Assembly: GCA_039798785.1 (NCBI GenBank)
Contig: JBDKFG010000052.1
Span: 1 to 36,328, forward strand
Direction of reading: 5' to 3'
From: Verrucomicrobiota bacterium
GTDB lineage: Bacteria > Verrucomicrobiota > Lentisphaeria > Lentisphaerales > Lentisphaeraceae
Length of the DNA: 36,328 nucleotides
Shown here one piece after another: positions 1 to 9,214 of this stretch (within the stretch, counting starts at the first letter, position 1; the number at the start of each line of letters is the position of its first letter). The position numbers and the translations under genes were made by a program. The notes under the pieces were generated by a model. The model was not told the origin of the DNA. It saw only the letters and a program-made list of their open reading frames with translations, and ran no database searches.

Positions 1-1605
1 TTCGGGGTCCTTGTAGTTGCAGGTGCTGTTGGATTCCGCTAAATCAGCGCTTTCGGAGTAATAGCCGTCGCGATAGTCCGGGAAATAGTTACCTTGCCAA
101 CCGGTCCAGATGGCCTGGTGCTCGCGGCGTTTGTTGCGGTTAAAGAATGTGGTGGTTTCGAAGCGGCGAGGCTTGATTTCGAAGCCGGCCTTGAAGGCTT
201 GCTGGCGAAGCCAGAGAAGCCGGGGGATATGGTTCTTGGCGGTGTATTCGATTTCAATTTCCAGCCGCTTGCCGTCCTTAGTGCGGACGCCGTCATTATC
301 CATCTCCTTCCATCCGGCAGCATCAAGCAATTTCGCGGCGGCGTCGGGATCGTAAGTCCAAGGTTTGATTCCCTTGTTGTCGTATTTACGATAGCCAGTG
401 GTCACACGTGGCATGTGTGCGTATTCGCCACGAAGGATCTTGGCGATCATGCCGTCGATATCCAAGGCATGGGCAAAAGCCTGGCGAACTCGCACGTCAT
501 CCAATGGCTTCTTCCGGGTATTGAGGTAGATCCCCATCATCGGCTGGGGGACATCATTATAGGCCATGACGCGATAGCCCCAGCCTTGTTGAAAGATCTC
601 AGCTCCGGCCTTGCCGTGCCAAAGATCCGGCATGGTGAGGTAATTGACATCGAGCTCCTGGCCTTCGAAATTGAGGCTGGTGGCAGAGACGTCGGGAATC
701 ACCCGGTATTCGACCGCATCGACATTGTAGCGTCCAAGGTTCCAGGGCTTTTTCTCCCCCCACCAGTTCGGCACTTTGGAGAAGACGATGCTGCGCAGTT
801 CCTGCGTCAACTCTAAATTGACGATATATGGTCCTGTGACGGGCTCGACAAGATGAGCATCGTCAAAATACCGGTGCCAGTTCTTGACAAAGGCGCCGTA
901 GCTACCACCATTCTCCTTTTTGCCGTCGACTTTTTTATCGAGAGGCAGTGCATCTTGGAACTTTTTCCAAAAATGGCGAGGCACTGGCCAAGTCGAGGCG
1001 TAGTAGATGCGCTCATCGGCGGGGAGTATATTTTTCAACCGGACTGAAAAACTCAAGCGTCCGTGTGGAGTGACCGCCTCCATGGTTTGTTTGAGCGACT
1101 CGGCAAATTCCGGATGATCAAAATCCGGATCCTGGATCATCTCCATCAAGAAGCTGAAATCGGTGGCGAGGACTGGCTCGCCGTCGGACCAGCGGGCGCT
1201 AGGATCGATGCGGAAATAAACGGTTTTCTCATCCTTGTCGGCCGCCCACTGCATGCACAAGCTGGGCAGGTAGACATCCGGGTTATTCGGGTCCGAATTG
1301 AGCTGGGCCAGATTCAGATAATCCAGGAATGACCGGAAGCTGCTGTTCGAATCCGGACCGAAATGACGCAGAGTGCCAGGGTAGGTCATGACGGAATTTC
1401 GCAGCGTCCCCCCCTTCTTGGCTTTCGGGCTACCCCAAGGCTGGAGTGTTTCGGGGCCGTTCTCCCACTTCAGATCGGACGGGACCCCCTGCTCGTCAGC
1501 ATAATCCGCCGGATTGGCCCGCGGCATGGTCTGCAGGGGGAATCGGTCATCATCGGCGACAAGGGTGGAGGCGCCAAGCAAGGCGCAAAGCAAAAGGAAT
1601 TTCAT
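1..1605 (-). CDS. yejA: ABC transporter extracellular solute-binding protein, family 5 (YejA/OppA-like); 3' end runs off the left edge
   Basis: Not in the ORF track. Read by hand from ATG at 1605: MKFLLLCALLGASTLVA (signal peptide)...WGSPKAKKGGTLR...PGTLRHFGPDSN...VYFRIDPSARWSDGEPVLATDF. The same frame reads ...LWLRQQAFKAGFEI...FPDYRDGYYSESAD...NYKDPE at the window edge; the middle was not read codon by codon. Lies 6 bp downstream of two ABC permeases. Confidence 0.88.
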   Translation of the reverse strand, partial: MKFLLLCALLGASTLVADDDRFPLQTMPRANPADYADEQGVPSDLKWENGPETLQPWGSPKAKKGGTLRNSVMTYPGTLRHFGPDSNSSFRSFLDYLNLAQLNSDPNNPDVYLPSLCMQWAADKDEKTVYFRIDPSARWSDGEPVLATDFSFLMEMIQDPDFDHPEFAESLKQTMEAVTPHGRLSFSVRLKNILPADERIYYASTWPVPRHFWKKFQDALPLDKKVDGKKENGGSYGAFVKNWHRYFDDAHLVEPVTGPYIVNLELTQELRSIVFSKVPNWWGEKKPWNLGRYNVDAVEYRVIPDVSATSLNFEGQELDVNYLTMPDLWHGKAGAEIFQQGWGYRVMAYNDVPQPMMGIYLNTRKKPLDDVRVRQAFAHALDIDGMIAKILRGEYAHMPRVTTGYRKYDNKGIKPWTYDPDAAAKLLDAAGWKEMDNDGVRTKDGKRLEIEIEYTAKNHIPRLLWLRQQAFKAGFEIKPRRFETTTFFNRNKRREHQAIWTGWQGNYFPDYRDGYYSESADLAESNSTCNYKDPE

Positions 1606-1611
1606 CGGGAA

Positions 1612-2652
1612 TTACTCGTAGGTGCTGTGGCGTTTCGGATCATAAGCCTCACGGACAGCCTCACCGATGAAAGCGATGAGGGTGAGAACGAGGAAGAGAC
1701 TGACGACGACCGAGCTGAGTATCCAAGGCGCCTCAAGGTTTTCCAGGCCTTGATCCATCAGATCGCCCCAGGAAGGAGTCGGCGGCTGCAATCCATAACC
1801 TAGGAAATCAAGAGCTGTCAGAGAAGAGATCCCGGCGGCGATCATGAAAGGCAGATAGGAGATCATCACCGAAAGCGTGTTGGGGAGGATATGCACAAAG
1901 ATGATCCGGCCGGTACCGGCGCCAAGAGCGCGAGCGGCAGCGACATATTCACGCTGCTTCTCTTTCATGGTGAGGGCGCGCATGGTGATCGCCAGGCCCA
2001 TCCAAGCAAAGGCGGCGTTGATGAAGGCGAGACCGAAGAGACCGGGACTCCACATCGATGAGATGATGATAATCAGAAAAAGAACCGGCATCGAGCTCCA
2101 GATCTCCTGCAGACGCTGGGTCAGAATGTCGATCCACTTGCCGAAATAGCCCGACAAACAACCGATGACAATGCCGATCAAGTAGGCGATGATCACCACC
2201 ATCACCGCAAACTGCATCGACTCGCGGAATCCGTAGACCAGGCGTGCAAGGATGTCGCGACCAAGAGCGTCGGTGCCGAGCCAGTGACGGGACGATGGCT
2301 TCAAAGGAGGGAAAGCCTCCCCAGAATCATAGTCCATATCGTTCGGCCCCCAGGGAATGATCGGCATCAGAACAAATCCTTTGCCAGACTTCTCAAGATC
2401 GGCCTTAAGTTGCCTGTAATCAGTTTCGTATCCGTAGGGAAGACCAAATTCCTTGCCGGGGATGGGATCTCCATAGACCGGGAAACGAAGCCCGTCTTCA
2501 GTCTTGACCACCAAAGGACGTGAGCCTATGAAAAGGGCTGCGAAAACACTAAAAAGGGTGAAGCCGCCAAGGATGAAAAATGAGTAGAGGCCGCGTTTCA
2601 TCGAAATGAAACGATTGAGGCGACGGCGGGTGATTGGGCGGAGTTGAAACAT
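1612..2652 (-). CDS. yejE: Peptide ABC transporter permease (YejE/OppC-like)
   Basis: HWLGTDALGRDILARLVYGFR, EAA-loop EYVAAARALGAG...HILPN, LDFLGYGLQPPTPSWG. Start moved to MFQLRPITRRR (ATG 2652), which removes the overlap with the upstream permease. Confidence 0.9.
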   Translation of the reverse strand: MFQLRPITRRRLNRFISMKRGLYSFFILGGFTLFSVFAALFIGSRPLVVKTEDGLRFPVYGDPIPGKEFGLPYGYETDYRQLKADLEKSGKGFVLMPIIPWGPNDMDYDSGEAFPPLKPSSRHWLGTDALGRDILARLVYGFRESMQFAVMVVIIAYLIGIVIGCLSGYFGKWIDILTQRLQEIWSSMPVLFLIIIISSMWSPGLFGLAFINAAFAWMGLAITMRALTMKEKQREYVAAARALGAGTGRIIFVHILPNTLSVMISYLPFMIAAGISSLTALDFLGYGLQPPTPSWGDLMDQGLENLEAPWILSSVVVSLFLVLTLIAFIGEAVREAYDPKRHSTYE

Positions 2653-2662
2653 GGGAAAAGCC

Positions 2663-3682
2663 TTAATCGAATTTGACGCGAGGGTCGACGGCAGCAACGC
2701 AGAGGTCGGAGACCAAGTTGCCGATCAGGAGAGCCGTCGAGGTGATCACCAGCATCCCCATGATCAAGGGATAGTCACGAGCCTCAACCGCGGCCAATGA
2801 AAGCTTGCCGAAACCATTCAAATTGAAAATCTTTTCGATCAACAAGGCGCCAGTGATGAAAATCCCGACGTAGTGCCCGAAGCCAGCGGCGATAGGGATG
2901 ATGGAGTTGCGGAAGGCGTGTTTCCAAAGAGCCGCATCAAATGTATTGCCTTTGGCGAGAGCGGTGCGGACGTAGTCGGCGGCGAGATTGTCCATCAGGG
3001 TGTTCTTGAGCAGAAAGATAGTCGAGGCGAATCCGCCGAGGACATAAGCCGTCAGCGGCAAGGTCATATGCCAAGCGATGTCCTTGAACTGCCCCCAGGC
3101 GCTGAGTGTCGGATAATTCTTGCTGACGAAATTGCCGATAGGGAAAAGCTGGAGGTGCGAGGAGAAGAAGAGGATCAGCATCAGGCCGACGACCCAGCCG
3201 GGGATGGCATAGGCGGCAAACATCAGCATCGACGAAGCGCTGTCAAAAATAGATTGGTGGTGCTTGGCCTTCCAGACCGCCATCGGCAGTGAAAGCGAAT
3301 AGATAATCAGAAAGGAGCAGACGCCGAATATGAGCGCGATCTGGATCCTTTCCTTGTCGAAAATGACCTCCGCCACCGGCTTCTTGAAGCGGTTGGAATA
3401 ACCAAGATCGCCGCTGAAGACACGTCCCAACCAAGTGAAATACTCCTTTGCCGTCGGCTCCGAGAAACCGTAGTACTTGCGGAGTTCTTCCATTTGCTCG
3501 GGGCTGAGCTGGATGTGGTCGCCGCGGCCACCGCCTTTTTTCCGCCCTTCTTCCTGAAGCTGACTGAGACGTTGCTCCAAGGGTCCGCCGGGGGCCTTGC
3601 AAAGGATGAAGTAGACGACAAAAGTGATGCCCAGGAAGGTCGGGATCATCAGCAAGAGGCGGCGGAGGATGTAGCTCGGCAT
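2663..3682 (-). CDS. yejB: Peptide ABC transporter permease (YejB/OppB-like)
   Basis: YILRRLLLMIPTFLGIT...APGGP, GDLGYS, DYVRTALAKG...HAFRNS, LLIEKIFNLNGFG, RDYP...DPRVKFD. Confidence 0.92.
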   Translation of the reverse strand: MPSYILRRLLLMIPTFLGITFVVYFILCKAPGGPLEQRLSQLQEEGRKKGGGRGDHIQLSPEQMEELRKYYGFSEPTAKEYFTWLGRVFSGDLGYSNRFKKPVAEVIFDKERIQIALIFGVCSFLIIYSLSLPMAVWKAKHHQSIFDSASSMLMFAAYAIPGWVVGLMLILFFSSHLQLFPIGNFVSKNYPTLSAWGQFKDIAWHMTLPLTAYVLGGFASTIFLLKNTLMDNLAADYVRTALAKGNTFDAALWKHAFRNSIIPIAAGFGHYVGIFITGALLIEKIFNLNGFGKLSLAAVEARDYPLIMGMLVITSTALLIGNLVSDLCVAAVDPRVKFD

Positions 3683-3841
3683 GGGGAGGCTTCCGGAAAT
3701 TATGACAGACGCCCACTATGGCCTGCTTCGCCTCTTTGCCAAGAGCCGGCGCCGGAGATGGACAGTCGCCCCGAAGCCGATCCCGCTGCGGATTCCGCAA
3801 GTATAGTGTCAGTCCTTTCCCCTCAAGCCCCGACAGAACTC

Positions 3842-4918
3842 ATGGATTTCCCTCACACCTTCGCCGAGCTTCAGCACGGCATCGACTCGCGCCTCCACCT
3901 CGGCGCCCAGCTGGCGATCTGCCGCGACGGAGAGCTGATCGCCGACCTCGCCCTCGGCGAGCGGGCCTTCGGCCTGCCGATGACGCCCCAGACGATCCTT
4001 CCCTGGATGAGCTGCACCAAGCCGGTCACCGCGGTCGCCGTCGCGCTGCTCCAGGAAGCCGGACGCCTCGACTGGGATCAGCCGGTGGCGGAGATCCTGC
4101 CCGAATTCGCCGCCCAGGGCAAGGAGGCGATCAGCATCCGCCAGCTCCTCACCCACACCTGCGGCCTGCGCTTCCCCAACGCCCGCCTCGACGAACTCGA
4201 CTGGGACGAATCGATCGCCGCGATCTGCGCCATGCCGATCGAAAAGGACTGGATCCCCGGCCGCACCGCCGGCTACCACGTCGCCACCAGCTTCTACCTC
4301 CTCGGCGAAATCGTCCGGCGCCTCGACGGCCGCAGCCTCGAAGGTTTCGTCTCGGATGAGATCTTCTTCCCTCTCGAGATGAGCCGCTGCTCGCTGGTGG
4401 CGAGCCCGGTCGACGAAGATGTCGGCGGCTTCTTCCGCACCGATGCCAGCGAGCCCCGGCCCGCGCTCGACCGCAGCGGCGGCAGTTCGCGCTGTCCGCT
4501 GCGTCCCGGCGCCTCGGGGCGCGGCCCAGCCCGCGAGCTGCTGCGCTTCGTCGAAATGATGCTCGGCCGGGGCGAATGGCAGGGCCGACGCGTCCTCAAT
4601 CCCCGCACCGCCGACGCCCTGCTGCACCGCCATCGCGAAGGCCTGCTCGACTTGACTTTCGGCAAAACCATCGACTGGGGCCTCGGCTTCATGCTCGATT
4701 CGAAGAAGCATCAGCGCGACTATCCCTACTCCTTCGGCCCCTATTGCTCTGGCGACACCTTCGGCCACAACGGCAACCAGTGCTCCGCCGCCTACGGCGA
4801 TCCCCGCCACGAACTCGCCGTCGCCTTCATCTTCAACGGCCAGCCGGGCGACGACAAGCACAACGCCAGGATCAACCGCCTCAACGCGGCGATCTACCGC
4901 GATCTCGGACTGGACTGA
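3842..4918 (+). CDS. Serine hydrolase, beta-lactamase-related (family VIII esterase / class C fold)
   Basis: SxxK motif WMSCTK, LLTHTCG, WIPGRTAGYH, FGHNG; no signal peptide. Start taken at MDFPH (3842) because the longer ORF overlaps yejB. Confidence 0.9.
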   Translation: MDFPHTFAELQHGIDSRLHLGAQLAICRDGELIADLALGERAFGLPMTPQTILPWMSCTKPVTAVAVALLQEAGRLDWDQPVAEILPEFAAQGKEAISIRQLLTHTCGLRFPNARLDELDWDESIAAICAMPIEKDWIPGRTAGYHVATSFYLLGEIVRRLDGRSLEGFVSDEIFFPLEMSRCSLVASPVDEDVGGFFRTDASEPRPALDRSGGSSRCPLRPGASGRGPARELLRFVEMMLGRGEWQGRRVLNPRTADALLHRHREGLLDLTFGKTIDWGLGFMLDSKKHQRDYPYSFGPYCSGDTFGHNGNQCSAAYGDPRHELAVAFIFNGQPGDDKHNARINRLNAAIYRDLGLD

Positions 4919-4921
4919 GAT

Positions 4922-5518
4922 TCACGCCGGCGGCGCAGGATTCTTGCGGATCGGGACGATGCGGATCGCAAAGCTGCCGCGCGGGCAGTTCTGCTCGCAC
5001 ATGCCGCAGCCGGTGCAGAGGGACTCGCGCACCCGCATCCGGTTTTCCGAATCGAGGACCAGCGCCTTCGGGCTCTCAGGGCAGGTCTCGAGGCAGACCG
5101 TGCATTCGGCGTCGTTCCAGGAAAGACAGGTGTCGATCAGGATTTCCGCCTTGCCGATGGCCATCGCCTTGCGCTCGCCCGGGACCACCAGGGCGCCGGT
5201 GGTGCAGGCCTTGGAGCAAGGAACATCCTCGCACATCCGGCAGGGCATGACTCCCGGCGAAAGAGTCGGCGTCAGATTGTCCGGGCTGTGGCTCTCGAAG
5301 TGCTTGAAGACGGCGCCGTGCGGGCAGGCTTCGATGCAGTCGTTGCAACGGGTGCATTTCGACAGGAACTCCCTTTCCGCCAGGGCGCCGGGGGGGCGGA
5401 AGAGCTTCGGCGGCAGGCCGCCGGCCTCCGCCTCCTCGCGGCGTTTCTCCTCGAAGGCGCGCTTCACCAGTCCGCCGAATTCAAAGATCGATTTACCGAA
5501 GAGCGAGCGTCTGTCCAT
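4922..5518 (-). CDS. 4Fe-4S dicluster ferredoxin-type protein, NapF/NapG/MauM family
   Basis: RPPGA..E..FL..C motif and four Cys clusters: CTRCNDCIEACP, CRMCEDVPCSKAC, CLSW..ECTVCLETCP, CTGCGMCEQNCP. Confidence 0.88.
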   Translation of the reverse strand: MDRRSLFGKSIFEFGGLVKRAFEEKRREEAEAGGLPPKLFRPPGALAEREFLSKCTRCNDCIEACPHGAVFKHFESHSPDNLTPTLSPGVMPCRMCEDVPCSKACTTGALVVPGERKAMAIGKAEILIDTCLSWNDAECTVCLETCPESPKALVLDSENRMRVRESLCTGCGMCEQNCPRGSFAIRIVPIRKNPAPPA

Positions 5519-5550
5519 GAGGATTCCTGGCGGCAAGGGGGTTTGAAGTG

Positions 5551-6561
5551 TCAGGTGCTGTATTCGCCGCAGCGGTAGCGGGCGAGATTGGCGGGCTGGC
5601 GGAACCAGTCGACGGTCGGGCGCAGGGCTTCCTTGAAACCGGCGAGCCCGGCATAGCGGGGACTCCAGCCGAGGAGGCGCAAGGCCTTGCGATTGTCGGC
5701 AAAGAGACGCTCGACTTCGCTGGCGGCGGGACGAAGCCGGGCGGAGTCTTCGCTGATGCGGATCTGCACCCCCATCACCTCGGCGATGGCGGCGGCGGTG
5801 TCGCCGATGCTGATTTCAAAATGCGACCCGAGATTGACCACTTCGCCGATGGCTGCATCCGCTTCGGCACAGGCGATGAAGCCGCGGGCAGTGTCCTCGA
5901 CATAGGAGAAGTCACGGGTCGGATGCAGAGAACCGAGCTTCAGTTCGGTGATTCCCGCGGCGATCTGGGTGATGATCGAGGGGATGACGGCGCGGGCCGA
6001 CTGGCGCGGGCCGAAGGTATTGAAGGGACGGAGCACCGCCACGGGGGTCCCGAAGGAGCGCTGGAAGGACAAGGCGAGCTGGTCGGCCCCGATCTTCGAG
6101 GCGGAATAAGGCGACTGCCCCTGGAGCGGATGCTCCTCGTCAATCGGCACTTGCCGTGCTGTGCCGTAGACTTCGGAGGTCGAAGTCTGGACCAGGCGCG
6201 ACACATTCAAGTCGCGGCAGGCCTGCAGGACATTCAAAGTCCCGACGACATTGGTCTGCACGTAGGCGGCGGGCGATTTATAGGAGTAGGGAATGGCAAT
6301 GAGCGCCGCGAGATGGAGCACGACGTCGCAACCGCGCACCGCATCGCGGACGAAATCCGGATCCCGGACGTCCCCGGCAACGCAATCGATTTCTTTTTTC
6401 AGATCCGGCGCGGTGGTGTCGAGCCAGCCATGCGAACCGAGGGAGTTGTACTGCACCATGGCGCGGACCTGGCGTCCCTGGCTAACCAGCATTTCGGTGA
6501 GGTGCGAACCGATGAATCCATCGGCGCCGGTGACGAGAATTTTCTTGCCAGTGAGTTTCAT
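5551..6561 (-). CDS. legB: NAD-dependent nucleotide-sugar 4,6-dehydratase, LegB-like (extended SDR)
   Basis: VTGADGFIGSH, HLAALIAIPYSY, TSTSEVYG, YSASK (YxxxK), RPFNTFGPRQSARAVIP, PTRDF; AAGGAG RBS upstream of ATG 6561. Confidence 0.85.
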   Translation of the reverse strand: MKLTGKKILVTGADGFIGSHLTEMLVSQGRQVRAMVQYNSLGSHGWLDTTAPDLKKEIDCVAGDVRDPDFVRDAVRGCDVVLHLAALIAIPYSYKSPAAYVQTNVVGTLNVLQACRDLNVSRLVQTSTSEVYGTARQVPIDEEHPLQGQSPYSASKIGADQLALSFQRSFGTPVAVLRPFNTFGPRQSARAVIPSIITQIAAGITELKLGSLHPTRDFSYVEDTARGFIACAEADAAIGEVVNLGSHFEISIGDTAAAIAEVMGVQIRISEDSARLRPAASEVERLFADNRKALRLLGWSPRYAGLAGFKEALRPTVDWFRQPANLARYRCGEYST

Positions 6562-6720
6562 CTCTTCGCTCCTTGGGACATCAGTTGCCCATCCTACACT
6601 CAAGTCCCGTGCCTGCCAAGCAGCGGATAGCCGGCTCATGCTTGTCTCCACCTTCGGGATGCAGCCGAGCCGAGGGAGTCAGGGAGAAGGGATTGGGGAG
6701 TCAAAGCACGCTCTCAGCCC

Positions 6721-6867
6721 CACGCGTATCCAAGACAATCATTTTTGACCTTCGCTCCTGCTGCTCGACCCGCAAGGGGTCGAGCGGCCGAATTCGGCAG
6801 AATCCAGGGCGGAAGCTTTTTTGCAGGGATTCCCTGCATGCCTCATGAGGTATCTTGGATACGCGTG
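6721..6867. mobile_element. 147-bp MITE-like non-autonomous element
   Basis: Perfect 15-bp terminal inverted repeats CACGCGTATCCAAGA (6721-6735) / TCTTGGATACGCGTG (6853-6867). Flanked by near-identical 10-bp direct repeats CTCTCAGCCC (6711-6720) and CGCTCAGCCC (6868-6877). Several internal hairpins; too short to encode a transposase. Confidence 0.75.
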
Positions 6868-6923
6868 CGCTCAGCCCCCTAAGCAGGTGATCCTGAAATT
6901 CGAGTGAGACAGGTCGACATTCC

Positions 6924-9104
6924 TCATGAGTGGCTCACGCCGAGCGCCGATCCAGACACTTGCGCTAGGCGCAAAAGATCGAAGGGTTTTGCGAGGTGTC
7001 CATCCATGCCGGCCTCCAAACAAAGCTGGCGATCCTCTTCGAAGGCGTTGGCGGTGAGAGCAATGATGGGCAATGTGCCGCGCGGATGATGCTTGCGGAT
7101 CTCCCGAGTCGCCTCGACTCCGTCCATCTCTGGCATCTGCATGTCCATGAAGACGATGTCTAAACGCTCGGAAGAGGAGAGCGCGACGGCTTGACGTCCA
7201 TCCTCGGCCAGAAGCACCTCGAAACCGAGCTTGCCTAGGAGATTCCTGGCCAACACCTGATTCACCTTGTTGTCCTCGGCCAGCAGGGCTCTGCGTCCGA
7301 CAAAGCGTCCTCGCCAGTCGCTCAGCGGAGCTTTGCTCGGCTCCGCCTTGACTTCGTGAGTGACGGGAAGATCAAGGGTGATGGTGAAGCAAGTGCCTGA
7401 GCCGGGATGGCTCTCGACTTCCCAGGTTCCGCCCATCATTCTGATCAGGGAATGGGTGATCGACAATCCCAGCCCGGTGCCGCCAAAGCGGCGGGTGGTG
7501 CTGGAATCTGCCTGGGTGAAAGCCTTGCCGAGATTGGCGATCGCATCCGCCGCCATGCCGATGCCGCTGTCTCGGACGACGATCATCAGATGCAGGCGCG
7601 ACTCCGTCTCGCAGCGCACTTCAAGTTCGAAGCCGACGCTGCCCCGCTCAGTGAACTTGACCGCGTTGCTAAGCAGGTTGTTGGCGACCTGGGCTAGCCG
7701 GACAGGATCACCTAGAACCCAAGGGATTTGCTCGGGCATGCTGACCTTGAAGAGCAGCCCCTTGTGCTCCGCCTGGAGACGGGCCATGTGCAGGGGCGCC
7801 TTCAGAACCTCCTGCAGCTTCATGGGTATGTGCTCGAGCCCGAGCTGCCCGGCCTCGATCTTGGAGAAGTCCAGAATCTCATTGATGATGCTTAACAAGG
7901 TCCCGGCCGACTCCTGGATTTGCCGCAGGTGAGCCCGGACCCCTTCGTCCTGGGTCTCCTCCAAGGCCAGCGCCGTCATTCCCAGCACCCCGTTCATCGG
8001 CGTCCGGATTTCATGCGACATATTGGCGAGGAAAGTGCTCTTGGCCTGGTTGGCGGCGCGGGCGTTCTGGAGGGCGATCTCTCTCGCCACAAGCGCCTCG
8101 TTGAGCCGCTCTTCACTGCGTCTCAGATCGCGCGTCATGTCTTCCGCCAAGGCTCTCGCCCGGGCCTGCGTCCTCTGCAAAGACCAGATCACCAGAGCCG
8201 TAAGGACGCTGACCGCGACTCCTAGGGCGACGATGATGCGGCGCTGACTCAGGCCCTCCGGCTGCCCGAGAGGGGCGCAGAGGAGTCGCCAATGCCCGTC
8301 AAAGACCTTTCCTTCCCAGGGATATTCCCGGTCTGGACGGCTCTCCGTGATGACCTCAGGGCGTTCCGACATCGCTTCCAGTCGGAAATCCACGCCTGTA
8401 TCGAGCTTCTCCAGGATCCGGTCGATGCGGAGAGGGCAGTTCACCCAGCCGAGGAGCGACAGACGGCGCTCCTCGGCAGTCTCCAGCCGCATCCCCTTTT
8501 TGTATATCGGGCAAAACATCAGGAACCCGGGGAAGCTCCGGCCGCCCTGGACAAGAGTGATCGGCTGCGACAAGGTGATCCTGCCGCTCAGAGCCGAATC
8601 CCAGGCGGCCTGCCTGCGGCGGCCATCGAAGGAAAGGTCCAATCCTTCTGCCGCCGCATTCCGATCGTAGGGCTCGATGAATTCGACGATCAGATGATCC
8701 TGTTCCTGAGACAGCTTTTTGATCTCGAAATGAGGCGCTCCTGCACGGGTGTCGGCGAGATAAGCCGCGAGATCCTGATCCCGAACATGCCGGACGAAGG
8801 CGTAGCCCAGGGCGCCGGAATGCTCCTCGAGCCCGAGCTTGCTGACGAAGGCCCGCCATTCTTTCCTTTCGACGTTCCTGCTCGCTTCGAAAAGACCGCG
8901 GGCGCCGTAGAGGACCCGGCCATGATCGCGAATCCTCTCGTCGATCTGACGCCGCATAAGCTCGGCCTTGGATTCAAAGACGAGCTGGAACTTCTCCCTC
9001 TCCTGGCGCTCCGTCACCGACCAGGCGAGCCAAGTCAACAAGAGACCGGCCACCAGGCTGAAAGCCGGCAGGACGAGATCGACGCCTCGGATTTTTGAAT
9101 GCAT
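6924..9104 (-). CDS. Hybrid sensor histidine kinase (TM-CHASE-TM-HisKA-HATPase-REC)
   Basis: CHASE-like [16 protein letters not shown]...RRQAA...[12 protein letters not shown]-box [42 protein letters not shown]; receiver LLAEDN...[10 protein letters not shown]...KP; GGAGG RBS before ATG 9104. Confidence 0.95.
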   Translation of the reverse strand: MHSKIRGVDLVLPAFSLVAGLLLTWLAWSVTERQEREKFQLVFESKAELMRRQIDERIRDHGRVLYGARGLFEASRNVERKEWRAFVSKLGLEEHSGALGYAFVRHVRDQDLAAYLADTRAGAPHFEIKKLSQEQDHLIVEFIEPYDRNAAAEGLDLSFDGRRRQAAWDSALSGRITLSQPITLVQGGRSFPGFLMFCPIYKKGMRLETAEERRLSLLGWVNCPLRIDRILEKLDTGVDFRLEAMSERPEVITESRPDREYPWEGKVFDGHWRLLCAPLGQPEGLSQRRIIVALGVAVSVLTALVIWSLQRTQARARALAEDMTRDLRRSEERLNEALVAREIALQNARAANQAKSTFLANMSHEIRTPMNGVLGMTALALEETQDEGVRAHLRQIQESAGTLLSIINEILDFSKIEAGQLGLEHIPMKLQEVLKAPLHMARLQAEHKGLLFKVSMPEQIPWVLGDPVRLAQVANNLLSNAVKFTERGSVGFELEVRCETESRLHLMIVVRDSGIGMAADAIANLGKAFTQADSSTTRRFGGTGLGLSITHSLIRMMGGTWEVESHPGSGTCFTITLDLPVTHEVKAEPSKAPLSDWRGRFVGRRALLAEDNKVNQVLARNLLGKLGFEVLLAEDGRQAVALSSSERLDIVFMDMQMPEMDGVEATREIRKHHPRGTLPIIALTANAFEEDRQLCLEAGMDGHLAKPFDLLRLAQVSGSALGVSHS

Positions 9105-9214
9105 CGCCAGCCTCCAGGACCATTCTATCACCGATTCCTTCTCTTTGCCATGATTTTCCCGGAACCGGGCCTTGCCGCACGCGTCCACCGAGGATCAACA
9201 CGAGCCAGAAGCCG

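Noticed and set aside
39..1803. Listed ORFs 39-326, 94-816, 853-1047, 1063-1332 and 1363-1803
   Set aside because: Antisense or off-frame shadows of the minus-strand binding-protein gene (1-1605) and permease; no motifs
3494..3841. 116-aa N-terminal extension of the serine hydrolase
   Set aside because: Overlaps yejB on the opposite strand and the divergent promoter region; the recognisable fold starts at MDFPH (3842)
3842..4918. Possible antibiotic-resistance beta-lactamase
   Set aside because: No signal peptide, and YH / GHNG in place of the class C YxN / KTG motifs, fit a cytoplasmic esterase-type serine hydrolase
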